This document shows positions 1 through 13,294 of a DNA stretch of 64,000 bases, one piece after another (positions within the stretch are counted from its first letter, which is position 1; every line of letters starts with the position of its first letter). The notes below the pieces were generated by a model, which did no database searches, was not told where the DNA came from, and saw only the letters and a list, made by a program, of their open reading frames with translations. Origin of the DNA: Haliotis rubra (lineage: Eukaryota); the NCBI RefSeq assembly GCF_003918875.1, contig NW_025766525.1:1178001-1242000 (forward strand), read 5' to 3'. Position numbers and translations under genes: made by a program.

Positions 1-505
1 ATCCCTGCATGCACCCATACGCGAGGCTCTGTCAGCCCCCCCTGCATGCACCCATACACGAGGCTCTGTCAGCCACCCCTGCATGAACCCATACACGAGG
101 CACTGTCAGCCACCCTGCATGCACCCATACACGAGGCTCTGTTAGCCACCCCTGCATGCACCCATACCCGAGGCTCTGTCAGCCATCCCTGCATGCATCC
201 ATACACGAGGCTCTGTCAGCCACCTCTGCATGCACCCATACAAGAGGCTCTGTCAGCCACCCCTGCATGAACCCATACACGAGACTCTTTAGCCACCCCT
301 GCATGCACCCATACACGAGGCTCTGTCAGCCACCCCTGCATGCACCCATACACGAGGCTCTGTCAGCCACCCCTGCATGCACCCATACACGAGGCTCTGT
401 CAGCCACCCCTGCATGCACCCATACTCGAGACTCTGTCAGCCACCTCTGCATGCACCCATGCACGAGGCTTTGTTAGCCACCTCTGCATGCACCCATACC
501 CGAGA
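1..505. repeat. 37-bp minisatellite (GCATGCACCCATACACGAGGCTCTGTCAGCCACCCCT), ~13 copies, runs off window start
   Basis: Direct periodicity; explains ORFs 46..270 and 156..722. Confidence 0.95.
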
Positions 506-520
506 CTATGAAGTACTCCT

Positions 521-1462
521 GGATTCACTGATTCACTGCACTCACTTCCCTGGGGCAGGACACCAGCACACAGATTCACTGCACTCACATCCCTGGGGCT
601 GGACTCACTTCCCTGGGGCTGGACATCAGCACACAGATTCACTACACTCACTTCCCTGGGGCTGGACACCAGCACACAGATTCACTACACTCACTTCCCT
701 TGGGCTGGACACCAGCACATAGATTCACTACACTCACTTCCCTGGGGCTGGACACCAGCACACAGATTCACTGCACTCACTTTCCTGGGGCTGGACACCA
801 GCACACAGATTCACTTCCCTGGGGCTGGACACAAGCACACAGATTCACTACACTCACTTCCCTGGGCCTGGACACCAGCACACAGATTCACTGCACTCAC
901 TTCCCTGGGGCTTGTCACCAGCACACAGATTCACTGCACTCACTTCCCTGAGGCTGGACACCAGCACACAGATTCACTGCACTCACTTCCCTGGGGCTGG
1001 ACACCAGCACACAGATTCACTACACTCACTTCCCTGGGGCTGGACACAAGCACACATATTCACTACACTCATTTCCCTGGGGCTGGACACCAGCACACAG
1101 ATTCACTGCACTCACTTCCCTGGGGCTGGACACAAGCACACCTATTCACTACACTCACTTCCCCGGGGCTGGAGCCCTAGCACACAGAGTCACGGCACTC
1201 ACTTCCCCGGGGCTGGACACCAGCACACCTATTCACTACACTCACTTTCCCCCTGGGGCTGGACACCAGCACACAGAGTCACGGCACTCACTTCCCTGGG
1301 GCTGGACACCAGCACACAGATTCACTACTCACTTCCCTGGGGCTGGACACAAGCACACCTATTCACTACACTCACTTCCCTTGGGCTGGACACCAGCACA
1401 CAGATTCATGGCACTCACTTCCCTGGGGCTGGACACCAGCACACTGATTCACGGCACTTCCC
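521..1462. repeat. 43-bp minisatellite (ATTCACTGCACTCACTTCCCTGGGGCTGGACACCAGCACACAG), ~22 copies
   Basis: Units at 531, 574, ...; merges into next array through shared CTTCCC at 1457-1462. Confidence 0.95.
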
Positions 1463-4400
1463 AATGTAATAGAGCGTCAACCTGTGCAGCATCCTAGAGC
1501 CTTCCCAATGTAATAGAGTGTCAACCTGTACAGTATCTTTGAGCCTTCCCAATGTAATAGAGTGTCAACCTGTACAGTATCTTTGAGCCTTCCCAATGTA
1601 ATAGAGTGTCAACCTGTGCAGTATCTTTGAGCCTTCTAAATACAGTTGAGTGCCAACCTGTATAGTATCTTTGAGCCTTCCCAATGTAATAGAGTATCAA
1701 CCTGTGCAGTATCTTTGAGCCTTCCCAATGTAATAGAGTGTCAACCTGTGCAGTATCTTTGAGCCTTCCCAATGTAGTAGAGCGTCAGCCTGTACAGTAT
1801 CTTTGAGCCTTCCCAATGTAAGAGTGTCAACCTGTACAGTATCTTTGAGCCTTCCCAATTTAATAGAGTATCAACCTGTACAGTATCTTTGAGCCTTCCC
1901 AATGTAGTAGAGCGTCAGCCTGTACAGTATCTTTGAGCCTTCCCAATGTAAGAGTGTCAACCTGTACAGTATCTTTGAGCCTTCCCAATTTAATAGAGTA
2001 TCAACCTGTACAGTATCTTTGAGCCTTCCAAATACAGTTGAGTGTCAACCTGTGCAGAGACCTTGAGCCTTCCCAATGTAACAGAGAGTCAACCTGTGCA
2101 GAATCTGTGAGCCTTCCCAATGTAGAAGAGTGACAACCTGTGCAGAATCTGTGAGCTTTCCCAATGTAATAGAGAGTCAACCTGTGCAGAATCTGCGAGC
2201 TTTCCCTATGTAATAGTGTCAAACTGTGCAGAATCTGTGAGCTTTCCCAACGCAATAGAGTCAATCTGTGCAGAATCTGTGAGCCTTCCCAACGTAATAG
2301 AGTGTCAACCTGTGCAGAATCTTTGAGCTTTCCCAATGTAGTAGAGCGCCAATCTGTGCAGAATCTGTGAGCTCTCCCTATTTAATAGAGCGTCAATCTG
2401 TGCAGAATCTGTGAGCTTTCCCAATGTAATAGAGTCAACCTGTACAGTATCTTTGAGCCTTCCCAATGTAATAGAGTATCAACCTGTACAGTATTTTTTA
2501 GCCTTCCCAATGTAATAGAGCGTCAACCTGTGCAGTATCTTTGAGCCTTCCCAATGTAATAGAGTGTCAACCTGTACAGTATATTTGAGCCTTCCCAATT
2601 TAATAGAGTGTCAACCTGTGCAGTATTTTTAGCCTTCCCAATGTAGAAGAGTGACAACCTGTGCAGAGACCTTGAGCCTTCCCAATGTAATAGAGAGTCA
2701 ACCTGTGCAGAATCTGTGAGCCTTCCCAATGTAGAAGAGTGTCAACCTGTGCAGAATCTGTGAGCCTTCCCAATGTAATAGATAGTCAACCTGTGCAGAA
2801 TCTGTGAGCCTTCCCAATGTAATAGAGAGTCAACCTGTGCAGAATCTGTGAGCCTTCCCAATGTAATAGAGAGTCAACCTGTGCAGAATCTGTGAGCCTT
2901 CCCAATGTAGAAGAGTGTCAACCTGTGCAGAATCTGTGAGCTTTCCCAATGTAATAGAGTCAACCTGTGCAGAATCTGTGAGCTTTCCCTATGTAATAGA
3001 GTTTCAACCTGTGCAGAATCTGTGAGCTTTCCCAACGCAAGAGTCAATCTGTGCAGAATCTGTGAGCCTTCCCAACGTAATAGAGCGTCAACCTGTGCAG
3101 AATCTTTGAGCTTTCCCAATGTAGTAGAGCGTCAATCTGTGCAGAATCTGTGAGCTCTCCCTATTTAATAGAGCGTCAATCTGTGCAGAATCTGTGAGCT
3201 TTCCCAATGCAATAGAGTCAATCTGTGCAGAGTCTGTGAGCCTTCCCAACGTAATAGAGCATCAACCTGTGCAGAATCTTTGAACTTTCCCAATGCAGTA
3301 GAGCGTCAACCTGTGCAGAATCTGTGAGCTTTCCTATGTAATAGAGTGCCAGCCTGTGCAGAATCTTTGAGCCTGCCCAATGTAATAGAGCGTCAACCTG
3401 TGCAGAATCTGTGAGCCTTCCAAATGTAATAAAGTGTCAATCTGTGCAGAATCTGTGAGCCTTCCAAATGTAATAAAGTGTCAATCTGTGCAGAATCTGT
3501 GAGCTTTCCCAATGTAATAGAGCGTCAACCTGTGCAGAATCTGTGCCCTCCTAATGTAGTAGAGTGTCAATCAATCAATTTGTATTTACAGTACTGACAA
3601 GGCCATAGGCCTATAGTACAACAGTAGCAGAGGGTGCAATAGAAATGGATATATCGTAAGTAATATCACATCTGTAATGCAGAGGATCTGATATTCATTG
3701 CATGGTATATATACATTGCAAGGTATTTTGTGACTGATTTTGGGATGACAAGAGGGTAGAATTTGTCTATTCGGGGGTTCAAATAGAAATGTTTCTTTAT
3801 GTATTCTTTTCTGGTATTCGCATACAGCGGACAAACAAGCAAGAAATGGTATTCATCTTCTACCTCCTGATAAGTACACTATTTACACAATCGGTTTTCC
3901 CGTGGTATCCCTAAATGTCTACCTTTTTCTATCAGAAGATCATGAGAACGACATCTGAAACGGGCTAGTGCTGTTCGGAATTTCTTAACATTAATGTCTA
4001 GAAGATATGTTTCAGTAGGAATGAATGATATAAAACAGGAGTAATGGTTTAACTTATTGTGTAAACATAGTGAAGAGTACCACTTTTGAAATTACATATC
4101 TTTTAGTCTGTTACATTTTGCTCACTCCAGATGTAATCATAGTCGCAAGACTGAAGTATCTTTGGAGAATCTGGTACGTGGCAGTTTAAGCAATTACTTT
4201 TATACAACTAAATACATACATAGGGTATCTCCCACATCCCCCATAAACTGTAACATTTGGGGTGTTGGAGTTTACTCCTAAAAATCTTACACGCATATAG
4301 ATGTACCTTCTCTAGTGCGTCATAGATACTTCTGCACCATAGAGTAGAATAGGATTAATCCTAGTCCTAGATTTTGAAAAAGGTGTCAAAGGTGATGTTT

Positions 4401-4980
4401 GGCAGCGGTTCCTGGGTACAATGCCTATTACAATCTGTTTGGCCTGCAGTGCTGCCTTATTGCAGTGCAATGACCAAGTTACTCGATTTGTAAAAAGTAC
4501 ACTCAAGTATTTGTAACTTCATACAACCTCAAATCTTTCACCTTTATAAAATCATTTTTCCCGTTTTGATAATTACCCTCCATTTTAAAAAAATTAAAGT
4601 AGAGTGTCAACCTGTCCAGAATCCGAGCCTTCCTAATGTAGTAGAGTGTCAACCTGTGCACAAACTGTGAGCCTTCCAAATGTAGTAGAGTGTCAACCTG
4701 TGCAGAAACTGTGAGCCTTCCTAATGTAGTAGAGTGTCAACCTGTGCAGAAACTGTGAGCCTTCCTAATGTAGTAGAGTGTAAACCTGTGCAGAAACTGT
4801 GAGCCTTCCTAATGTAGTAGAGTGTCAACCTGTGCAGAAACTGTGAGCCTTCCAAATGTAGTAGAATTTCAACCTGTGCAGAAACTGTGAGCCTTCCAAA
4901 TGTAGTGGAGTGTCAACCTGTGCAGAAACTGTGAGCCTTCCTAATGTAGTAGAGTGTCAACCTGTCCAGTAACTGTGATT
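1457..4980. repeat. 44-bp minisatellite (CTTCCCAATGTAATAGAGTGTCAACCTGTRCAG...GAGC), interrupted by a LINE at 3571-4597
   Basis: Units at 1501, 1545, ...; resumes at 4598. Confidence 0.95.
3571..4597 (-). mobile_element. 5'-truncated, decayed non-LTR retrotransposon (RTE-X-like 3' end)
   Basis: Minus-strand peptides PILLYGAEV, CGRYPM, SHDLLIEKGRHLGIPRENRLCK*C, VEDEYHFLLVCPLY; (TTGA)n tail; 13-bp TSD AGTAGAGTGTCAA at 3558-3570 and 4598-4610. Clade call is from remembered motifs. Confidence 0.85.
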
Positions 4981-5262
4981 AAGATTTAGAACATTAGTTC
5001 CTGTGATGGCACAGTAATAACAACATCAGACAGATCAGTGTGATATCAGGCTGACTGACGCTCTGTCAAGGTATATCGGAAACACAGGTGTTCCTCAATA
5101 CAGAACAGTTCAACCTATACTTCACATTAGTGCGACACTGATGGGCTGATCTGTCAACTCACACCCAAGTTTATTGATATTAATGGGAATTGGAGCAATT
5201 AGACTACATTAGTCATGAAAGATAAACTAAGAAGCAAGCTTCAGAGCCTCTGTTGCTTTGAA

Positions 5263-5553
5263 ACTGTCCGGTGGCCTTGGGGAACACGTGGAGCGTTGTC
5301 TGTCCAGTGACCTTGGGGAACACGTGGAGCGTTGTCTGTCCGGTGACCTTGGGGAACACGTGGAGCGTTGTCTGTCCGGTGACCTTGGGGAACACGTGGA
5401 GCGTTGTCTGTCCAGTGACCTTGGGGAACACGTGGAGCGCTGTCTGTCCGGTGACCTTGGGGAACACGTGGAGCGTTGTCTGTCCGGTGACCTTGGGGAA
5501 CACGTGGAGCGTTGTCTGTTCGGTGGCCTTGCGGAACACGTGGAGCGTTGTCT
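5263..5553. repeat. 36-bp minisatellite, ~8 copies
   Basis: GGAACACGTGGAGCGTTGTCTGTCCRGTGACCTTGG at 5281, 5317, ...; gives 12-aa repeat ORFs in five frames. Confidence 0.95.
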
Positions 5554-5693
5554 GCAACTGCTGAAAACAATCAAAATACGAGGAGAAGAACAATTGTGTA
5601 TTGCTTCCAGAATTCAAGCGGTCAGCCCCTAGCGTCAACAATCTTTGTCTGAACTGTATGTCCTGCATTTCCAGCACTTCTTTCTAACCGGTA

Positions 5694-6086
5694 AATCTGT
5701 GGTCCACAGTAGTGACACACCTGGAATCAGATCAGCACCAAACACTGGGGTCTGACGACCAACGGGTTAATCTGTGGTCCACAGTAGTGACACACCTGGA
5801 ATCAGATCAGCACCAAACACTGGGGTCTGACGACCAACGGGTTAATCTGTGGTCCACAGTAGTGACACACCTGGAATCAGATCAGCACCAAACACTGGGG
5901 TCTGACAACCAACGGGTTAATCTGTGGTCCACAGTAGTGACACACCTGGAATCAGATCAGCACCAAACACTGGGGTCTGACAACCAACGGGTTAATCTGT
6001 GGTCCACAGTAGTGACACACCTGGAATCAGATCAGCACCAAACACTGGGATCTGATGACTAACGGGTTGATCTGTGGTCCACAGTA
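5694..6086. repeat. 75-bp minisatellite, ~5 copies
   Basis: 25-aa periodicity in ORF 5712..6062; near-identical units. Confidence 0.95.
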
Positions 6087-6499
6087 GGGACTTATCAAAA
6101 CTAAATACCAGAACATTTTCTTGCAAAACAACACCTAAATGCATATATATCTTTGTTACAAACTAATAATGAAAATATTCTTGTCTTAATATATAAAACA
6201 TGCATTAGCAAAAAGAGATCTTCTTATAAAACGAATTGTATACCCTTAAATATATATGTAAATATCCAAAATATCCCTTTATCACTGTAACTCTCATGTA
6301 ACATCTTTTGACTTTTGACTTTGACCCCATGGACGACTTACTGCTGTGAAATGATTGGACAAATGTCCAAACCCGTGTTCACCTACAAATCACCCACCCA
6401 CAAATCAATTATGGCAAATGAAACACCCTTGTGATATCTGCCTTCACAAGCATCTTTTACTGGTTATGAAAAACATATAAACAAAATCTGCACCTAAAG

Positions 6500-6955
6500 G
6501 TATCACTGCATGAGTGAGTGAGATCGTGCATCAAGGGACAACTGGATGTTACCTGCTTCTATAGCCTGAGAAAACCTTTTAATGTGTAACTGCATGAGTG
6601 AGTGAGATCTTGCACCAAGATACAACTGGATATTAGCTGCTTCTATAGCCTGTGTCCTTCAATGTATCACTGCATGAGTGAGTGAGATCTTGCACCAAGA
6701 TACAAATGGATATTACCTGCTTCTATAGCCTGAGAAGACCTTTTAATGTATAACTGCATGGGTGAGTGAGATCGTGCACCAAGGGACAACTGGATATTAG
6801 CTGCTTCTATAGCCTGTGTCCTTCAATGTATAACTGCATGAGAGAGTGAGATCTTGCACCAAGGGACAACTGGATATTAGCTGCTTCTATAGCCTGTGTC
6901 CTTCAATGTATAACTGCATGAGTGAGTGAGATCTTGCACCAAGGGACAACTGTAT
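6500..6955. repeat. 80-86-bp tandem repeat, ~5.5 copies
   Basis: TGCATGAGTGAGTGAGATC...CTATAGCCTG recurring. Confidence 0.9.
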
Positions 6956-7711
6956 GAGGAAACCTATTGTTGCACATTCTATAAGAAAAGGGTAATACTT
7001 GTCGAGATTAGCCTTTTGAACTTGTTATCAACCCCTGTGTGATTTTAAAACTTCAGGATGTTTTAGTTTTTAAGAAAATCGACTTCTTCCTGGCATAAGA
7101 ACAGCCAAGACTGGCAGAGTAATCACCTGGTTAGTGATTCGCGACCCCTGCTGGACGATACAATAGTTCCTGCCCTTGGCAGAACCAGCTGTAGCAGGTA
7201 ATTCAGTTTCAAGCAAAACAATCTGTCTGAGTGCCCCTGCAAGACTATTATTCTCTATTTTTGATAAGTTTCTATCTTGATTGTGCTCAAATAGAACCAT
7301 AAATAGTGTGGTTTCTCTCCCCAACATGGCAGTTAATTTGTTATTATACTTGCCTCAGCAAGGGATGCCATGAATAAAAGATGTTTCTGTCTACCACTGC
7401 TATGGTACTTTCTAATGATTGCAGCCATGTTGAAGAGGTAAAGGCACCATTAGAGCTGCCTCCAGGCCAGATGCCACATGGGGTGTACTTCCTAACATAA
7501 TAGAAACATTCTCTGAAAACATCATGTCATCTTTTCATTATATCAGAAAATAAGAACTGACTGATTTTCGTGATGTCCCTCCATCTAACATGACCAGTGC
7601 TATTTGTAACTTTTTAGGAAGTTTATAAAACAATGTGGCAAGGCAATATGGATGTGTATTTTCAGTTCAGAGTGTACCTCAATCTTCAACACAGAGGCTT
7701 ATAGAATTATT

Positions 7712-8865
7712 TACCTATACACACCTGTATGATGTTACTGTATACGTATACACATCCATACAGTGTTACGGTGTGTTACATCCCTATACACACCTGTATG
7801 ATGTTATTGTATACTTATACACAACCATACAGTGTTACGGTGTGTTACATCCCTATACACACCTGTATGATGTTATTGTATACTTATACACTACCATACA
7901 GTGTTACGGTGTGTTACATCCCTATACACACCTGTATGCTATTAGTGTATACTTATACACAATCATACAGTGTTACGGTGTGCTATATACCTATACACAT
8001 CTGTTGTCTATTATTGTATACTTATACACAACCATACAGTGTTACGGTGTGTTACATCCCTATACACACCTGTATGATGTTATTGTATACTTATACACTA
8101 CCATACAGTGTTACGGTGTGTTACATCCCTATACACACCTGTATGATGTTATTGTATACTTATACACTACCATACAGTGTTACGGTGTGTTACATCCCTA
8201 TACACACCTGTATGCTATTAGTGTATACTTATACACAATCATACAGTGTTACGGTGTGCTATATACCTATACACATCTGTTGTCTATTATTGTATACTTA
8301 TACACAACCATACAGTGTTACGGTGTGTTACATCCCTATACACACCTGTATGATGTTATTGTATACTTATACACAACCATACAGTGTTACGGTGTGTTAT
8401 ATACTTATACACAACCATACAGTGTTACGGTGTGTTACATCCGTATACACACCTGTATGATGTCACTGTATACTTATACACAACCATACAGTGTTACGGT
8501 GTGCTATATACCTATACACACCTGTATGCTATTATTGTATATTTATACACAACCATACAGTGTTACGGTGTGTTACATCCCTATACACACCTGAATGCTA
8601 TTATTGTATACCTATACACAGCCATACAGTGTGTTATATACCTATACACACCTGTATGCTATTTATGTATACTTATCGACAACCATACAGTTTTACAATG
8701 TATTATACCTATACACACCTGTATGATGTTACTGTATACTTATACCCAACCATACGGTGTTACGGAGTGTTACATCCCTATACACACCTGTTTGCTATTA
8801 TTGTATACCTATACACAGCCATACAGTGTGTTATATACCTATACACACCTGTTATATACCTATAC
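7712..8865. repeat. 69-bp minisatellite with a 276-bp higher-order duplication
   Basis: 23-aa periodicity; same variant pair recurs near 7930-8010 and 8205-8290. Confidence 0.9.
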
Positions 8866-9178
8866 AGCTAACTGTGTCTCCAAGACGGGTGACCAGATGG
8901 GCTACACAGTTAACTGTACCTCCAAGACAGGTGACCAGATGGACAACACAGCTAACTGTGCCTCAAAGACAGGTGACCAGATGGGCCACACAGCTAACTG
9001 TGCCTCCAAGACGGGTGACCAGATGGGCTACACAGCTAACTGTGCCTCAAAGACGAGTGTCCAGATGGGCTACACAGCTAACTATGCCTCCAAGACAGGT
9101 GACCAGATGGGCCACACAGCTAACTGTGCCTCCAAGACAGGTGACCAGATGGGCCACACAGCTGACTGTGTGTCCAAG
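8862..9178. repeat. 42-bp minisatellite, ~7.5 copies
   Basis: ACACAGCTAACTGTGCCTCCAAGACAGGTGACCAGATGGGC(C/T) recurring. Confidence 0.95.
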
Positions 9179-9277
9179 AGCTACTTCACGCAGGTGTCTC
9201 TGTTGCTCCACAGGCCTGCGATGTGTGATGAGTAATGCCACGCACAGCAGGCCCAGAAATAACAGCCTGTACTTCAT
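9047..9277 (-). other. Candidate exon/ORF with signal-peptide-like N-terminus, running into the 42-bp array
   Basis: MKYRLLFLGLLCVALLITH; acceptor-like TTCCTTTTATTTTCAG ending at 9314; no homology recognised. Confidence 0.3.
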
Positions 9278-9654
9278 TGAACTGCAGAACTCCAGATTAT
9301 ATTACTGAAGGAACTGAAAATAAAAGGAACCGAAACATTTTATTAATGACTTCATCATGATGTCTCCTATGTCAAGATACTCTCTAACTTTAGAACAAAG
9401 CTATGAGAATTAATAAATCATAAACCATCCCTGAAGAAGATGCTTCCTGTTTCAGATGTTGGAGGAGACATCCCATGATGCTGACTATGATAAAGGGACA
9501 GGATATGTTTGATTGAATTGTACATGGGAGCTGTGGTTTTATTGCACCATTCATCATCATGGCGACACCTATCCTACAGTGCTACATTAATCAACCACTG
9601 AGCCTGGTAGCACACTAGCAATTAACTTCAATAAAATGGATACCGCAGCAAGAC

Positions 9655-9750
9655 AGATCACTAATGTCACACATGGGTACATCAGTAGATCACAGATGTC
9701 ACACATGGGTACATCAGTCAGATCACAGATGTCACACATGGGTACATCAA
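9655..9750. repeat. 33-bp tandem repeat, ~3 copies
   Basis: AGATCACAGATGTCACACATGGGTACATCAGT recurring. Confidence 0.85.
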
Positions 9751-9921
9751 GGTCATGAAGAGCAGAGGAAGGCTATGAAGGCCTCATGGCTACCTTATTC
9801 CAACCTAACACTAATCATATATCTGACATTGCATCTCTCTCATAAAGTGGCACCTTCCGAAGAGGATGGATTTTCATTTATTTACCTTTTTCCATTATTT
9901 ATTACCCTTGGTTGCTAGCAA

Positions 9922-12468
9922 CATGTCAGCATATTGGTATAGAGCCACAGTCAAGGCCCCAAATATTCCTCCACTGCCAGCATATTGGCATAGTGCCACA
10001 GTCAAGGCACCAAATATTCCTCCACTGTCAGCATATTGGCATAGTGCCACGGTCAAGGCACCAAACATTTCTCCACTGTCAGCATATTGGCATAGTGCCA
10101 CGGTCAAGGTCCCAAACATTCCTCCACTGTCAGTATATTGGTATAGTGCCACGGTCAAGGCACCAAACATTCCTCCACTGCCAGCATATTGGCATAGTGC
10201 CACGGTCAAGGTCCCAAACATTCCTCCACTGCCAGCATATTGGTATAGTGCCACGGTCAAGGCACCAAACATTCCTCCACTGTCAGCATATTGGTATAGT
10301 GCCACGGTCAAGGCACCAAACATTCCTCCACTGTCAGCATATTGGTATAGTGCCACGGTCAAGGCACCAAACATTCCTCCACTGTCAGCATATTGGTATT
10401 GGCATAGTGCCACGGTCAAGGCACCAAACATTCCTCCACTGCCAGCATATTGGTATAGTGCCATGGTCAAGGCATTCCTCCAAACATTTCCTCCACTGTC
10501 AGCATATTGGTATAGTCCTCCCACAGTCAAGGCACCAAACATTCCTCCACTGTCAGCATATTGGTATAGTGCCACGGTCAAGGCTCCAAACATTCCTCCA
10601 CTGTCAGCATATTGGTATAGTGCCACGGTCAAGGCACCAAACATTCCTCCACTGCCAGCATATTGGTATAGTGCCACGGTCAAGGCACCAAACATTCCTC
10701 CACTGCCAGCATATTGGTATAGTGCCACGGTCAAGGCACCAAACATTCCTCCACTGCCAGCATATTGGTATAGTGAAACAGTCAAGGCACCAAATATTCC
10801 TCCACTGCCAGCATATTGGTATAGTGCCACGGTCAAGGCACCAAACATTCCTCCACTGTCAGCATATTGGTATAGTGCCACGGTCAAGGCACCAAACATT
10901 CCTCCACTGCCAGCATATTGGCATAGTGCCACGGTCAAGGCACCAAACATTCCTCCACTGTCAGCATATTGGTATAGTGCCACGGTCAAGGCACCAAACA
11001 TTCCTCCACTGTCAGCATATTGGTATAGTGCCACGGTCAAGGCCCCAAACACTGTCAGCATATTTCCACTCCACTGCCAGCATATTGGTATAGTGCCACG
11101 GTCAAGGCACCAAACATTCCTCCACTGTCAGCATATTGGTATAGTACGGTGCAAATTCCTCCACTGTCAACGGTCAAGGCACCAAACATTCCTCCACTGT
11201 CAGCATATTGGCATAGTGCCACGGTCAAGGGCCCAAACATTCCTCCACTGTCAGCATATTGGCATATGCGGTCACGGTCATTCCTCCACTGTCAAACATT
11301 CCTCCACTGTCAGCATATTGGCATAGTGCCACGGTCAAGGCACCAAACATTCCTCAACTGCCAGCATATTGGCATAGGCCACGGTCAAGGCACCAAACAT
11401 TCCTCCACTGTCAGCATATTGGTATAGTGCCACGGTCAAGGCACCAAACATTCCTCCACTGTCAGCATATTGGTATAGAGCCACAGGTGCCACTCAACTG
11501 TCATTCCTCCACTGTGGCATAGTGCCACGGTCAAGGCACCAAACATTCCTCCACTGCCAGCATATTGGCATATTAGAGCCACAGTCAAGGCACCAAATAT
11601 TCCTCCACTGCCAGCATATTGGTATAGAGCCACAGTTAAGGCAGCAAATATTCCTCCACTGTCAGCATATTGGCATAGTGCCACGGTCAAGGCACCAAAC
11701 ATTCCTCCACTGCCAGCATATTGGTATAGTGCCACAGTCAAGGCACCAAATATTCCTCCACTGCCAGCATATTGGTATAGTGCCACAGTCAAGGCCCCAA
11801 ACATTCCTCCACTGCCAGCATATTGGTATAGTGCCACGGTCAAGGCCCCAAACATTCCTCCACTGCCAGCATATTGGTATAGTGCCACAGTCAAGGCACC
11901 AAACATTCCTCCACTGTCAGCATATTGGTATAGTGCCACAGTCAAGGCACCAAACATTCCTCCACTGCCAGCATATTGGTATAGAGCCACAGTCAAGGCA
12001 CCAAACATTCCTCCACTGTCAGCATATTGGTATAGAGCCACAGTCAAGGCACCAAACATTCCTCCACTGTCAGCATATTGGTATAGTGCCACGGTCAAGG
12101 CCCCAAACATTCCTCCACTGCCAGCATATTGGTATAGTGCCACAGTCAAGGCACCAAACATTCCTCCACTGCCAGCATATTGGTATAGTGCCACGGTCAA
12201 GGCACCAAACATTCCTCCGCTGCCAGCATATTGGTATAGTGCCACAGTCAAGGCACCAAACATTCCTCTACTGTCAGCATATTGGTATAGTACCACAGTC
12301 AAGGCACCAAATATTCCTCCACTGCCAGCATATTGGCATAGTGCCACGGTCAAGGCACCAAACATTCCTCCACTGCCAGCATATTGGTATAGTGAAACAG
12401 TCAAGGCACCAAATATTCCTCCACTGCCAGCATATTGGTATAGTGCCAGTCAAGGCACCAAATATTCC
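9922..12468. repeat. 54-bp minisatellite, ~46 copies
   Basis: GCCACGGTCAAGGCACCAAACATTCCTCCACTGYCAGCATATTGGYATAGT core recurring; source of the 320-490 aa repeat ORFs. Confidence 0.93.
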
Positions 12469-13218
12469 TAAACACATTAAACATTAATTTCACTCAATAT
12501 CAAACTGATGGTGTATGACCTTTGTAAAGGTACAGCAGGAAGGCCAGTACAGCTGTTTGTGCCCATGTTGATAATCATCCTTCTTTGTTTGCATATGGAC
12601 CAAAAAGTGCAGTAACCAAGCTCCGACAAACATTGTTTCCAGTTCCAATCTTACAAATCAACACGTTCAACAATATACAAATTTGCACACTGCCCTCATC
12701 TTCCTTGTAGGTAGACGTCTTCTCGCAAACTCTTTCTCATCTCTCATTGCCACGAGGTGCATAGATCATAGCAGACTTGTCAAAACTGACACAGCGGCCT
12801 CCACAGGAAGACTGTAGACTTAATATTTCTCCAACCTAATAAAGGGAGCCATTTGAAGCTTTGGGGCTAATTAAAGCTGCCCTATGAGGACAGGTTGTAG
12901 GACATATTATCTGTTCAACAGAAGTCAAGTCCTGACCTGTCGTCATCAATAATTGATTCTACAATTGGTTATCACTGTAAACGTGGAGCAAAGGAAGTGG
13001 TAGAGTGCTGTGTAAGTTCGGCAGACAGAAGGGTGATTATCGTCTGGCTGTTTTTAGAGAGGAAGGGTGACTTGTCTTGCTATGCAGAAATGGTCTGTCT
13101 TCAACCATACCACTCGCTCATGGCTAACCATCCTGATTTTAGTCTGTATATTTTACTTTAGCAGTTGTTCCTAACAAAGAACTGAAACAATCTGACATGC
13201 TAATGAGTGAGTGAGAAC

Positions 13219-13219
13219 T

Positions 13220-13290
<71 letters not shown>
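13219..13290. repeat. (TACA)n(CA)n(TA)n compound microsatellite
   Basis: Direct inspection. Confidence 0.95.
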
Positions 13291-13291
<1 letters not shown>

Positions 13292-13294
13292 TTA

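Noticed and set aside
7075-7197. Plus-strand exon candidate ending CAG|GTAATT
   Set aside because: One open frame but no recognisable homology or partner exons.
9428-9475. CTGAAGA hammerhead-like start (also CTGATGA at ~56294)
   Set aside because: No downstream GAAA core or stems.
9866-12487. 320-490 aa ORFs on both strands resembling repetitive shell or adhesive proteins
   Set aside because: They come from a stop-poor tandem unit open in several frames on both strands, with frame-breaking indels and no codon-position bias.
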